64,000 bases of DNA from Felis catus (taxonomy: Eukaryota), in NCBI RefSeq assembly GCF_018350175.1, contig NC_058368.1:130574001-130638000 (forward strand). The letters run 5' to 3'. A program made the position numbers and the translations under genes. The notes beneath the pieces are model-generated. The model did not search any database and was not told the origin of the DNA. It saw nothing but the letters and a program-made list of their open reading frames with translations. Below are positions 38,776-53,424 of the stretch, in pieces (the first letter of the stretch is position 1; each line of letters begins with the position of its first letter).

Positions 38776-40844
38776 TCAAACAAAAGTATTCTTACTTCAT
38801 AAGATTTAGCACCCATGAGTTTTCAGGCATTTTGCTAGGTTCTGGCAGTAAATATAAAATGACTTTTATTTTTAAGTGACTTATGGAAGTTTAAGTTTAC
38901 TTATAGAAGTTATTTATGGAAATAAGATTCAGAAATAAGATCATGAAGTACCTAGACAATTGCAATACAATGGCATTGGATTAAGACTACTGATTAGGTG
39001 CAATACAAGTTGGGATCGGGTGAATAAGGGAAACTTCTGGGGTAAGAAAGTGGTACATGAGCTAAGTCATGAAAAACTAATGGGGGCCATCTACAAAAAG
39101 AGAGGGTTGTATGAACGGTGGTATGCCAGAAGGAAGCACTCCTACAAAATCAAAGTTGAGAGAAAGTATGGTACGTTGGAAAATCTAAAAGTTGGTTACT
39201 GTGAAAGAAGATGGGCATCCTGAAATCTTTAATAAGTATACAGAAAGCGTTGATCTTATAGCAAGAAAACACTAAACATCCTACTTATAACTGGGGTATC
39301 TAAAAAGATTAGGTATTACTAGCAAAAGTCTCAAGAGCAAAAGAAAGATATTGTGGAAGGAAAGGCTTTAACTTAGAACATAGATGTTGTTTGGGTTTCT
39401 TTTTAGGAGTTTGTTTTTTCTTTTATTTCCCCCCAAATTGGGGAAGGTCAACAGGTGCCCGCAACAAGGACTTCAAAGATATGTAGAGTTATGTAGAGTT
39501 GATATCATGAATAAGGGTGGATTTTAGTTTCAGCATATGAAATGACTTTAGAATCTCATTCACATATTAAGTGTTAGAACTCACAAAATTCTTTGAGAAT
39601 TTCCAGTACAAATAATATTTTCATTTGTATTTTACTCAAAGATTTATTGAACACTTTTGCAGAAAGTACTACCAAGGACAAGGATACAAAAGGACACAGT
39701 ACATGGAAGTATCTCCTCAGAGAATGACACAGTATATGAAAGGTTTCTCCTCAGAGAAAGAGAAGAATAGTACATAATATGTGGAATAAAATACATGAGA
39801 AATGATTAATTGCTATAAGAAACTTAGGAAGACTTAAAGGAGTTACATTTGAATTTAACCTTGGGGGATTTTGAAAGGCAAAGTTCGGAACCAAAAGCAA
39901 TTTTAGGGCCATAAACAGAGACTCCAAGGTTGAGTACCTCTTATTTTCTATGTAGTAGCTAGAGTTGTATGAAACATTAATCAGATCATATTGCCCTTCT
40001 ACAGAAGAAAGAGAAAAGAGAACCAAGGACACTTTTTTGAATCCTAGATGGCTAAGTTTTTCAAGTTCCTCTGCATTTATTACAGACAAAATTTCATTTC
40101 TAGTTTGAGATAGAGAAAAAACTCAGAATCCAATGGAACAAATTAAGCTTTTACTTAAGTCAACAATTTTCTGCACCCAAGACTTCCTAAAAGTATGAAT
40201 GTCACTGACAAAGATGTCCATGAGAATGTTCCTTTTTAATTGGCTTTTGTCACACTGCACGTTCACAGTACAGCTTCCAACAATACCAACAGAGCCAACA
40301 CAATTTTATTTGTAAAACTCAAAAAAGTTTTGATCCTTTTGAACTAAGTTGAAAATATGGCATTACTCAGAGATACTTGCCTAAAATACTTGTGAATTGA
40401 TTCTACTTCTAATCCCCACAGTTATTTGAAAAATTAAGACCACTAGGCTATACATGAAGACAGCCTTCACAACTTGTGACTATTTTGATGGATTATAAAA
40501 TGCATTCTTGCTTCATGTGGCATTACCTATGCAGAATTTACTTTCCATGCTGTTAAATTGGAAATATATTCAAGGACATGAGCTTTAACATCTTAAGTGG
40601 AACATGGCATTTCTATGTGGATCTATGAGTATTCTATAATGTTCAATTCTTATTGCTATAAACTTTCTACGAGAACATTTAAGACAACATTTGCATTAGA
40701 AAACATTTTATTCAATGACATATATGGGTATGGTCTATTTTTGAGCTATTATAAATGCTAGATTTGATTAGAGAAATTTCACATAACCAGCCTATTTATG
40801 AAATGCACAGTTCAAAATATCTAAGGAATTACCAATTTTTTTTG

Positions 40845-41159
40845 TTGTTGCTGTTATTGTTGAAAAATTCAACAATACTGTGATAGAAGCAGAAATGCCT
40901 TAGGTCTTTTGATTCAAAATTTAACTGGTCAATCACTAACATTGTACTTTTAGTCATCTTAGGTTGTTTAAATATTAAAATTAGGACCACATTCACCATT
41001 ACTATCAGAGAACAGCTATATTCAAGGATTCTTATTTAGCTTGCTTGCAGAAAGAACAAAGGTTTCAGACATATGAACCATAGCAAAGAGTTTTTACAAA
41101 ATATCTCTTCAATAATAAAAGAGTATCTCTTTAAAATTAAAGAATATCTTGCATGGGGA
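40845..41159 (+). repeat. Apparent donor of the inverted copy at 36387-36700
   Basis: Reverse-complement identity as above. Confidence 0.95.
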
Positions 41160-41429
41160 TAGCACTTTATTTTTACACAGTACTGTAAAGTATTCATTAT
41201 TCTCTTTGATCCAGTCAACAATACTACAAGAATGCAAGGCAGAAGCTACTATTAACTTTTTACATTAAAAATGAAAAAAGGAATTAAAAAAGAATTAAAT
41301 GAGATAAAGTGAATCACCCCAGGACTAATTACTAGTAAACTGTATTTACTGATAGCAGAATCTGCAGTGTTGTCTTAATAGCATGTTTATTTTTAAATAA
41401 CCCATATTTCCTCAGCTTCTATGTTTGCT

Positions 41430-41790
41430 TGCCTTTAACAGCCTGCATCTGTGACTTTGGAGGCTGCCACAGGGCTATGACAACTACTTTTCCTGCATAG
41501 AAAGCAAAATGCTAGGATTTTATGTCTCTCCTGGGATGGTTCAGAGTCAATGACTAGGGCAGATAGTCTAGCCCAGCTCTCTTCTTGAGTCAGGACAAAC
41601 TGACTCCATGTGGGTCAGAGAGATGCTAGCACTTTCTCTGTAATCACAGCCCTAGTTTTTTCTACTTCTTAGTCCTTCAGCCAGCCCTTACTTCTTATTG
41701 GGAGCAATTCTTTAATAAATTACTGCACAGAAATTCTCATCTCGGAGGTTTGGTGTTCTGTTTGTTGGTTCTTTGTTTGTATTTTTTTCC
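41430..41790 (+). mobile_element. Ancient ERVL LTR (LTR16-like)
   Basis: cagcctgcatctgtgact, agtcaatgactaggg, ctttaataaattactgcac..aattctcatctc motifs. Confidence 0.55.
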
Positions 41791-42054
41791 CCCAGAATCC
41801 AGACCATGAAATAAACTAAGGAAGTTGAGAAATGTAAAGTTTAAATATCCAGTATAAGAATGCATATTTCATATACGAGGAAAATAAAAATCAAACATAA
41901 GCACCATAATTTTTCTTTCAGTTGTTTGATGACAAAAGACTGGAATATGAGTGTTGAAGCTTTTACTTTACCATAAATTTACTTTCCTTTAATTTAAGTC
42001 CAAGTTAGTTAAGATGTAGTGTAATAATTGTTTCAAGAGTAGAATTTAGATATT

Positions 42055-42142
42055 TCTCTCTTACATATAACACCAAGTGCTCATCCCAACAAGTGCCTTC
42101 CTTAATGACCATCATCCATCTAGCCCATCCCCTGCCCCTTCC
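42055..42142 (-). mobile_element. Short L1 3'UTR fragment within a MIR relic
   Basis: aacaccaagtgctcatcccaacaagtgccttccttaatgaccatc. Confidence 0.7.
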
Positions 42143-43279
42143 CTTTGTTATGTGTATTGAAGAATCTCTTAACCTTTTTGAGCCTGTATTTTCAAGTGTA
42201 AACTGGGAGATAATAGCACCTGCTCAGACTGTTGCATATAGGTATTGTGCTGGTAAAATAAATAGTAAAAATAATTTATCAACTATAAAATGTTCCAACA
42301 GCATTTCTCGAAATGTAAAAAATAAAACGTAGATTCCCAGGATCAACAAACCCTCTCCTCAAATGCACAGATGCACACTTAGGGAAGAATTAGGGAATCT
42401 GCATTTTTAACAAACACCCTAGTTGAGTTAGCTGAAGATTGTCCAAGGTACATACTTTTAGAAACTTCAAACTGTTGATGAGATGGTATCACCATCATCT
42501 ACGAAGAATGGTCTTAATCTCTGACTTCTCTGTATAAAATCTAGTGTTTTGTTATAGGGTTTTAACATTATTAATTGATTTTCCCCATTATCTTCCTTTT
42601 ACTTCTTACCTGACACTAGCAAAATTTTTATAATTTAGTCAAGGAAGTAAAATGAAACAAATCCAACAGAAAGACTAAATAAGCATATCAGAAAAAATTG
42701 AAAATGACCAGGAGGAAGTTCTTAAAAATTAGCTTTGATTTTTTTTCACACAGACAGTGCTTATTAATGAGTCATTAATATTAAAAAGTTTAGAGAAAAA
42801 TAATATGGTGCCAGTTTAAAAAATGAATTCACCTACAGCACTCTTCAAGCCATGAATATAATTACCAAAGTTACATAAGAAACATGCAAAGCTTGAAGTA
42901 ATTATACTTTCTAAGTTTTGGATCTTCTGCAACTTTACAGTTCAAATACATTCAGAGAATGTACACTGATACAAGGGTTATTAATTAGATATAATACTGA
43001 CTGGCTATTATTGCCAATTGGTATTTTCTGCCTTTATGTATACTAAAGAGAAGTAGGCTTCTGTTTAGTTGACTTCAATTCTATCTATCTAAATACCAAA
43101 AGACTATGTAAAATATTTTAAATGTCTATTTGCAACCATATACTGGTATTTCTTTAAATTTAGGCATGATATCAATTATTCTAGTTAGCAAAACTTTGAA
43201 CTATTAAACTGCAAAACAGTAACTTAGTTTCTTTTAAGGGAAATAAATGTAGTATATACTTTTTTGGCAAATTAAGTGA

Positions 43280-44190
43280 TTTGATGCTTTGTCCATGCTG
43301 ATGCCTCCCAAATTTTTATCTCCAGCACAGAACTCTCCCGAACTCCAGATTCCCATAACCAACTGCCTAAATAATGTGTGTTATAGGCATCTCAAAATTA
43401 ACATGTCATCAACTGAATTCTTGACATACCCCTTAAGCTTCTTCCACCCCAGTCTTCTACATCATTCTACCAGTTGCTTATGACCAATGTATAGCTAAAA
43501 AGCCAAAACAAACAAATGTGGACATTGCAGTTACTCTACTCTTTCTCTTATACTATCTAATTTGTCTCATTGTAGTGATTTGTTAAAATATGTAATACAT
43601 ATTATGCCATTTCCCAAACTTTTCAGTGGCTTTCCATTTCACTCAAAAGACAATCATTATAAAGATCTATATATCTCTTAGTAATACAGAACCAGATCCT
43701 CTAATGCTTTCAATCACCTATGGCTCTCTAAGTTGGACCAGCCTACTCTGATCCAAATTATTTGACCACTGGCTCTCTTTGCTGTTCCTCAATCATGCCT
43801 GGAATGCTCTCTTCCCTAGGCCTTTTCATTGCCATCAGGTATCCAATGGCCTTCCTTGGCCAAATAATTCTTATTAAATGTTATTTCTCAATGTTATTTC
43901 TCAGTGTAGCTATCATCATATTATAATTTAAAATTATCCAACCCACACAACATAGTCTCTCATCGTCCACTGCTCTTTCTTTCTTTCACAATAGATTTGA
44001 TGATCTTGTCACATCCTGTATAATTAGGTTACAATACTTGCTCACTTTCTTCCCACTTCTTCTAAATGTAAGTTGAATGAGGGAAGGAATCTTTATTTTT
44101 TTGAAAATCCTAACTAATGCATTTTTAAGCACTTACAAAAATGATTATCACATGGTAACAGATCAATGAATAATTATTGAATGAATGAAT
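43280..44190 (+). mobile_element. LINE-2 relic
   Basis: gctgatgcctcccaaatttttatctccagc, tttgctgttcctc, ends ttgaatgaatgaat. Confidence 0.75.
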
Positions 44191-44760
44191 TCACATAAAT
44201 GAAAAACAAAGAAACATTGTGCATTTCAGGAAACACGTAATGAGAAATGAGGTTCTAAGCAGAATGAACAGGAGAACTGGTTCTGGTGGAGATGGATAAT
44301 CTGGGTAATATAAAGAACATTAAAATATTTCAGTTGGAATCCTCTGTTGTGAGATAATATTTAATTTATTAGTATTGGAAAGCTATAAAAGAACCAAATC
44401 AGAACAAGAAAGAGATCCCGAAATAAACTGTAGATGATGAAATTAAAAACAAGCCAAGAAAAACTCCAGAAGAATTTCATGGAAAATTGTTGAAAAACTT
44501 CTCAAAATATAGAGCAGCAAGATAGGAGAAGCAAACTCTAAGAAAAATTTAAGGAACACAGAGGACGGATTTAAGAGATCCAGTTTTCATAACAGGAATT
44601 CCAGAAAGGGGACACAGGTGAAAATAAAGTGAAGAATAATGGATACGATTTCTACATATGAATGTAAACATCTTCAGATTGAAAGAAAATTTCAGGCAGG
44701 ATATACATAAAGATACACAGCACCTCTCAAAAATTTTCAGAACAAAAATCATTTAACACG

Positions 44761-44764
<4 letters not shown>

Positions 44765-44805
<41 letters not shown>
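44765..44805 (+). repeat. (CA)n microsatellite, ~20 units
   Basis: Direct read. Confidence 0.97.
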
Positions 44806-44808
<3 letters not shown>

Positions 44809-44819
44809 ATCATCTATCA

Positions 44820-46580
44820 TCTATCCATTCAACAGGTGCACCAAAGAGAATCATTAGGAATAAACTTAACCAAGGAAATAAAAGACCTGTACTCAGTTGT
44901 CTAACTATAAAACACTGATTAAAGGAACTGAAGACGACATGAACAAATGGAAAGAACTAATAACCTCATGGACTGGAAGAATTAATATTGTTAAAATGTC
45001 AATATGACCCAAAGTTCTCTACAAGTTCAATACAATTCATATCAAAATACCAACAGCATTTTTTCACAGAACTAGAGCAAATAATCCTAGAATTTGCATG
45101 GAATCATAAAGACTCTAAAAGCCAAAGCAATCTTGAGAAAGAAGAACATAGCTGGAGGTATCACAATTCTAGATTTCAAACTATAGTGCAAAGCTGTAAT
45201 ATTGAAAACATTATGGCATTGGCACAAAAAGAGACACATAAATCAATAGAACAGAATAGAAAACCCAGAAATAAATGCATAATTATATGGTCAATTAATA
45301 TACTAGCAGGAGGAAACAAGCATATACAATGGGAAAAAGACAGTCTCTTCAACAAATGGTGCTGGGAAAACTGGAGAATTACATGAAAAAGAATGAAACT
45401 GGACCCCTCTTCACACCATACACATTAATAAATTCAAAATGGATTAAAGACCTAAATGTGAGACCTACAACCATACGATTCTTAGAAGAAAACAAACCTA
45501 AGCAGTAATCTCTCGGACACTGGCCTTAGCAACATTTTTCTAGATATGTCTCCTCAGGTAAGGTAAGCAAAAGCAAAATCAACTATTGAGATTATAAAGG
45601 AAACCATCCACAAATGAAAAGGCAGCCTACTCAATGGGAGAAGATATTTACAAAAGGTATATCCAACAAGGGGTTAATATCCAAAACACAGAAAGAAACT
45701 ATACAACTCAATACCAAAATAACAAATAATGCAACTAAAACATGGGCAGAGGACCTAATAATCAGGAGATGTGAATGAAAACCACAATGAGAGATCTCAT
45801 TACACCTGTCTGAATGGCTAGAATCAAAAAGACGAGAAATAAGTATTGGAGAGGATATACAGAAAAAGTAACTCTTTTGCACTGTTGGGAATCTCAATTG
45901 GTGCAGCCACTGTGGAAAACAGTGTGAAGATTTCTCAAAAAATTAAAAACAGAAATACTATATGATTCCATGATTCCACTAAGGTATTAACCCCAAAAAA
46001 GCAAAAACACTAATTTGGAAACATATATGTACCCCTATGTTTATTGTGACATTATTTACAATACCCAAGATATAGAAACAACATAAGTGCCCACTGATAC
46101 ATGAATGAAGATGTATTCTACACATACAATGGAATATTAATCGGCCATAAAAAGGATGAGATCTTCCCATTTGTGACAGTGGGGATGGACCTAAAGGCAT
46201 TATGCTAAGTGAAGAAAGTCACAGAAAGACAAATACCACATCAATTGAGTCATATGTGGAATCTAAAAACCAAACAAATGAACAAAGAAAAGCAGAAACA
46301 GACCCCTAGGTACAGAGAAACTGATAGTTTTCAGAGGGATAGGCAGAATGGGCAAAAAGACAGCGGAAGATACTGGCTTCTGTTCATGGAATGAACGTTA
46401 CCGACATGAAAGGTACAGAATAAGCAGTACAGCCAGTGGTATTATAATAACACTGTAAGGTGACCGATGGTAGCTACACTTGTAGTGAGAATAACACAAC
46501 ATAAAGACTTGGCGGATCACTATGTTGTACACCTGAAACTAAGGTAACATTGTGTGCCAACTATAGTTCAATAAATAGAA
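44820..46580 (+). mobile_element. 5'-truncated carnivore L1 (ORF2 C-terminal part and 3'UTR)
   Basis: [32 protein letters not shown]; 3' end tcactatgttgtacacctgaaact..ttcaataaa. Confidence 0.9.
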
Positions 46581-46891
46581 GAAGAAGACGAAAAATAAGT
46601 AACAGAATATCTTTAAAAACCTGACATAACAAAGCAGAATTATAAACCAGTGAAGATATCTTCCAAAAAATTAAGGTGCAATAAAAACAATTTTGGGAAA
46701 ATGTGTGATTAATAGCTAACACTACAAGAGATACTGAATTTCTTTCAACTGAAGAGCAATGATTCCAGACGGAAGCCTGGGGTCTTCAGAGATAAACATT
46801 ACCAGAAATTTTAGGTATATGTATTTAAGAGTAATGATTGCTTAAAACACTAATAATAATAGTGGTATGTAGTTTAAAACACATAGAGCTA

Positions 46892-47119
46892 GGGGCGCCT
46901 GGGTGGCGCAGTCGGTTAAGCATCCGACTTCAGCCAGGTCACGATCTCGCGGTCCGTGAGTTCGAGCCCCACGTCGGGCTCTGGGCTGATGGCTCAGAGC
47001 CTGGAGCCTGTTTCTGATTCTGTGTCTCCCTCTCTCTCTGCCCCTCCCCCGTTCATGCTCTGTCTCTCTCTGTCCCAAAAATAAATAAACGTTGAAAAAA
47101 AAAATTAAAAAAAAAAATA
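46892..47119 (+). mobile_element. Young SINEC_Fc
   Basis: CpG-rich, TSD aaaacacatagagcta. Confidence 0.96.
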
Positions 47120-48456
47120 AAACACATAGAGCTAAAATATAAACAATAAGACGAAGGCAAGAAGGTGGATAAATGCAATTTTACTATTATAAGGTCCTTA
47201 TGTGTTATGTGGTAGAATATTAAGTGAAGATGTACTCTAATAAGCAAAAGATGCATTTGTCATCTCCATATGAAACATAAATATGACATTACCCCAAAAC
47301 AATAGAAAACAAATAACTAGATTATAAATGTAAATTTGTCTATATCAGCAACTAAATAAAATAATAATTGCTATTATACACTGATGATATAATTTTATAC
47401 ATAGAAAATCTCTATGTATCTGTAAACATAGTAAGTACATTAATCAAGGTATCTAGATACTAGCTCTGTACAACAATATATTTTTGTATACCAGAAACAA
47501 ATATTTGGAAGCTGAAAAAAATATGTATGATAGCATCAAATACTCTATCAAATACATAAACATAAATTTAAGAAATGTAAAAAATTTTTATACTTACAAC
47601 TACAAAAAATTGCTGCATGAAGTGAGAGAGCATCTAAGTAAATGGAAAGGTATTTTATGTCCATGGAATGGAAGATTCAATATTGTTAATATGTTAACTT
47701 TCCCCAAATTGATTTGCAGATTTACTACAATTCCACTCCAAGCTTCAGAAATATTTTCTTTTGTAAATATTAACAGACTAAAATTTATATGGATGTGCGA
47801 GGGACCTAGACAAAATAATACTGAAAAAGAGACATAATTGAAGGTCTTATACTACATGATTTCAGACAGTCTGTAAAGCTACAAGAATGTGTGGTTGACA
47901 CAATGATACTTATATAGATCAATAAACAGAATGGAGCCCAGAAAGAGACCACAAATTATTTTCAATATAGAAAGAAAAAATTATTTAAAAGGACATATAA
48001 AGCATTTTCATTAAGTGTCTCTGGAACAACTTTTTGTGTTTTTATGTATGTTTATACACATACACATACATATGTATATAGGTTGAAAATAAAATTTGAC
48101 CCCTTAACTCTGTTTACATTGTTCATAAAAATTAATATTTTACCTATTTCTACATCTGGAAACAAAAATATATATATTCTAGAAATAAAACTTAAGTGAA
48201 TGTTTTTCTGGCTTTCAAGCAGGCAGTTTCTTAACACAGAAAAGCCACCACAAAAGAAAACACATGAAAAATTATATTTTACCAAATTTAAAACTTCTGT
48301 GATCTGAAGATACCATATAGGAAAGTAAAAAATGCAAGATATAGACTGGACGTCATATGAGATATATGATATGAAACAAAAAATTGATACGTAAGATATA
48401 TAGCAAACTTCTACCAATTAGGAGAAAACAAACACCATTTAAAAAAAAAGTGGACA

Positions 48457-48682
48457 GGGGCGCCTGGGTGGCTCGGTGGGTTAAGTGTCCGACTTCGGCT
48501 CAGGTCATGATCTCACGGTCCGTGAGTTCGAGCCCCGCATCAGGCTGTGTGCTGACCGCTCAGAGCCTGGAGCCTGTTTCAGATTCTGTGTCTCCCTCTC
48601 TCTCTGCCCCTCCCCTGTTCATGCTCTGTCTCTCTCTGTCTCACAAATAAATAAACGTTAAAAAAAAAATTAAAAAAAAAAA
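48457..48682 (+). mobile_element. SINEC_Fc
   Basis: TSD aaaaaaagtggaca. Confidence 0.95.
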
Positions 48683-49195
48683 GTGGACAGAAATATCTAC
48701 AAAGATACTCCACACACACACACACAAAATTCAATGGCCAAAGAGCATATGAAAATTTGGTCAAGATCAGTACTCATCAGTGAAAAACAAAGCCACAATG
48801 AATAATGGTAGAATGTGTGATCTTAAAAATTTTGATGAGACTGGGTGTCGGTAGGAATGTGTAACAAAGAAAATTTTCATAAATTGCTGGTATTATTGTA
48901 AAATGCTCCAGCCTTTTGATCAACTAATGATTTCTTTCAAGTTTGCACACAGACTTGCTCCATGGCACAACAAATTGACTCCTAGGAACTGGAGAAATAA
49001 GCCTTTTTGTCTACAAAAAGACAGGTACAAGAATATTCATACCAGCTCAATTCGTAACAGTCTATAGCTGAAAATAACCCAAAAGCCCATCAATAGAAGA
49101 AAATATACATGAACTTTGGATACTGGTAACAAAGGAAGACTCCTCAGCAATATGAAAGGAAAGGACTATCGATCCATACTAACACATACATGAAC

Positions 49196-49408
49196 TTTAT
49201 TTTTTTTTAATTTTTATTTATTCTTGAGAGAGAAACAGAGCACAAGCAGGGGAGAGGCAGAGAGAAAGGGAGACACAGAATCGGAAAGCAGGCTCCAGGC
49301 TCTGAGCTGTCAGCACAGAGCCCCATGGGGGGCTCAAACTCAGGAACCGCAAGACCATGACCTGAGTGGAAGTTGGATGCTCAACCAACTGAGCCATCCA
49401 GGTGCCCC
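49196..49408 (-). mobile_element. Can-SINE
   Basis: Full antisense body. Confidence 0.92.
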
Positions 49409-51803
49409 AATACATAGATGAATTTTAAAAACATTTTGGTGAAAGAAGACAGACATAGAAGAGTACATATGATATGATTTCATTTATAAGACATTCAGTA
49501 ATAGGCAAAATTAATTTGTGATGACAGAAATTAGGAGCCGCTGGACCAAGTCACAAGGTGCTTTCCAGAGTGATAGATTCTTTCCCTTGTTTTGGGTAAT
49601 GGTCATATCATGTTTATATTTCTCAAAATTCTCTTTACTGATTTTAAATTTTAACTCAAAATACTAATTCTAAAAACCAAAAATGAGATCTAGAATTAAT
49701 TATCATAAAATATCTCAAAAGAGCTCTAGAATTAAGTGTCAGATCGTAATACTCTTTATAAACTCTTAGGAAGACAAATAAGAATGGCAGCTGTAGACTT
49801 TGGAAGAATTTTAAGGTACTCCTTCCATCAGTTTCTTGTCTCATTTTTTTTTTGATCATAAATTATTTGGGGTATGGCTCTGCAAATTAAATGAATTTAA
49901 ATCTTTGATTACTTTAAGTCCATTGGTAGATTCTCATTGTAAATTTAACATCACAGAGAAATTTCCAGTAATTTACTCAAACAACAACAAACAAAAAACA
50001 AAAAAAAAAAAAACCCATCACTTTCATTTAAGTAAAAAACACCCAAACTCAAACTGAGTCAAACTCCATTTCTTTTGAAGCTTTTCTGAGCTGAGACCTC
50101 CTGGTTCATATCCAAAATTTGGATTTAAGAAGCATTTAAATATTTAGCAATATACACAGGTATCTTAGCTTGGAATTATTCCTCAGATTCTAGGTACTAA
50201 TTTGTAGGGAGCAACATACATTTGCTGACACTTGTATAACTCTTGAAATTTCTTGTTATTCTTTATGTGGACCAAAATAAAACAAAACAAAAACACTCTG
50301 ATGCAATTGGGAAAAACTACATGATTATTTACAGTATTTTTCTGATAGTTGCTGCACAACAATTGTTAATAATAGATATTTTTTCCTTACTCAACTCTTT
50401 CCTACTTAGAGCCGAAAGAAAATGCTTTACATCTTTACAATCTGAGGCACTGGTTCTCTGGACAGGATTGGTAATAATTATTGCAGTCAGCTCTAATACA
50501 TTGCAAATGTCATTGTTCCCCAAAACGATTTTCTCAAAGACCAACACTGTTGATTTAGCTGCTTGTCAGTAGTTTCTCATGGCTTTTGTCAAGTTTTATA
50601 ATCTCTCGATCACATTTCAAGGGCTAACGAGTATTCGTGTCTTCTAGATTTCTTAAACAGATTATTTCAGAGCCTATGAGGTTCAATATATCCTACAAAC
50701 AGAAATATTTTCCTGTTTTTTGATGGCAATTAATGGCTAGGACAATTCTATGCAAAAGAATTCAAAGTTAACACAAACTGAATTCATTCACTGATACCAA
50801 ATCTTCTTTCTCTCTCCCTCTAGGTTTCTTCACAGATGTGTTTGACTATTGCTAAGCATCTCAACAAATCTTCAGCCTACAGACTTCCAATCTAGAAATG
50901 ATGTGGGGATCAAGAAACTCGACTATCAAGAAGGGAGGGTGTGGAAGAAGAGAGATAGAGAATAACACACAGACTCATTTTTTATTCCCTACCAACTTGT
51001 GACTGTTGACACAGAGGCTGCCTTTGCTGAAATTTACCATATTGAGATAACTGATTTATTGTATCACCAAAGAATACATGGTGTGTTTAATATACAGGGA
51101 AGAAGTGGAGGTAAAGAAATGGTCAGTGCCTACACAGAGCTGTCAAGAACTTGTGCTGCAAACCTCATTTTGCCTTTTTTCCCCATTCAGTAGGAACTCT
51201 GTGAATAAGAGAAGCATAGAAATGATACTAGTCTACTGCACACTCCTTCTTGAATTGCCATGCAAATCTGTTCATCAAAATTACCGAGTAGAATTAAATC
51301 ATACAATTAGACCTAATCACCTAGGCCACATCATCACAGTTGAAACATCTTAAACATACCCAAGGTGATCTAATTTAAAAACTTGGCATTTTGTGGGGAT
51401 CTATTAACACTTTCCTATTTGGAGGACACAGCAACTCCTTTACTCCACTCTTATTAAATATTTATATGCATGACATCAGTGTTCTGAAAATACCTTGTGT
51501 GTTATAAAGCCAATATATGGTTTCTCCAAAAGGAAAGCATTAAAATAATTTGCTTAGAGAAATTAGGGTTATAGATTTTTAAATTAATTTAACTCCACAT
51601 ATTTACTCTTATAGAAATGGGCACCAGAGTGAAAACAGGGAGATAGGAATCCAAGATACTGATGGTGACCAGGACCAAGGTGCCATCAGGAATGTACTGA
51701 AGTGATTGGATTCAAAATATATATTGCAGTCAAAGAAATTGCTAATGAATATAATGTAGAAGATGGGAAAAAAGAATTCCTGATTGAAGAATTGGGAAAA
51801 CTA

Positions 51804-51985
51804 GAGGTGCCTGGGTGGCTCAGTTGATTAAGTTGCAGCTCTGAATTTTGGTTCAGGTCATGATCTAATGGATTTTGAGTTTGAGCCCCTCATGGGGCTC
51901 TGGGCTGACAATGCAGAGCCTTCCTGGGATTCTGTCTCTCCCTCTCTCTGCCCCTCCCTCACTTGCCCTCTCAAAAATAAACACC
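51804..51985 (+). mobile_element. Can-SINE
   Basis: ggtgcctgggtggctcagtt..aaaataaac. Confidence 0.9.
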
Positions 51986-53424
51986 CATGGGGGGGAAAAA
52001 AAAGAAATGGAAAAACTGAAACAAATAAAAATACTTTGGACCTTACACATTTATAATCTCTCTGAAGAGAGATTTTTCCCCCCCCAGATCACTTCATCCC
52101 ACAAAGAAAACTCAAAGGTCTTCAGCAGGCTATGGGCAATTCATTAAAGAATGGCAAAATCATAGGGTAGTCTGAAGTACATATATTAGAGACCTGGGTT
52201 CAGCTGTGTGATCTTGAGGACACCATCTAAACATTCAGGCCTGTTGCCTCAGTTTAACAAAGGTCAATGATAATGCTCTACAAAGCTTTCGTAAAGGTCA
52301 AAAGAGATAATGCCTGAAAAAATGCCATTTGATGGAAGTTAAAGTTGTATTAATTGTGTCTTTTAACTTTTCTGTGTGTTTCTTATCACAACGTCATATC
52401 CAAACAGGGTCTTTTATAGCATGCAGTTTATTTGGATCTAAACATTTCATTGATATTAAGATATATAATGTGTAAAAAAATTACATATTATGTTATTAAT
52501 ATTAATTTACTTAAATGATATATAATTATATTAATTACATAACTATATAAGTATTTGTATAGGCATATACAAACTAACCAAAAACTAAAAATGAGAAAAC
52601 CAAGCCCCCCCCACTCCCGCTCTTTTTTTTTTTAGGCTAATACTGCTGCAAAGTTTCACAATGAAAAAGGAATATGGCAGCAAAGATAGCTCTTTTTCAG
52701 ACTTATTTATTCTTTTCAATGCTAGGTTGGTCAAGGAATGCCTAAAGCTCTGCAGCTCAAGTCTCTGGAGCAGGTCATTTTTCTGATTTTTTTTTCCCCC
52801 TCTGGAATCTGTCCAAGGAGAAAGGCAAAGGCTTTGGTTGAACAGCATTTATCACACTGGCCAGCTCATTCACTTGAATCAGTAGCACTATTTAAATAAG
52901 AATCAAGACAGTGAAAACATCAGGAGTCTCCTTGAAGGATGCTTCCAGTTGGAAGGATTTTTTTCTGCTATTTATCTCCAAAAGCATGTTAGTATCTCTC
53001 TTAGTACTTTTCACTGTCATTATAATATACATGTGCATGTGTGTCATATCATACACATATACACATATACTTACATGTATGTATTTTCATTATATAGCAC
53101 ATGTATTATACTATAAATATATGCTAACATGCTCTATGTAGACCATCACTTTTTAAGTTATTGCTTTCTGTAATAACCTAGCACCTGGTTTATACTGGAA
53201 AGTCAAATTTATTTCAGATGAATCAAAGAATTAATGATTGCATGGATGGCTAGATAAATGGATACAATGTTTAGGCAAAACTCTAAATAGTCAGAAAAAT
53301 AGGATGAATTTATTACTTTCGTAGTAGGCATATTTACGTAAAAATTGCCTCTCTTTAACCTGTTTAGAAGACTTTTTATAGCAGTCACATTCATTTATTC
53401 ATTCAACAAATATTTGTAAATAAG

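Larger units (their letters stand above)
46600..49640 (+). mobile_element. Older degraded L1 (L1MC/ME-type) with three SINE inserts
   Basis: LSKWKGILCPWNGRFNIVNMLTFPKLICRF fragment and 3'UTR motifs. Confidence 0.75.
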
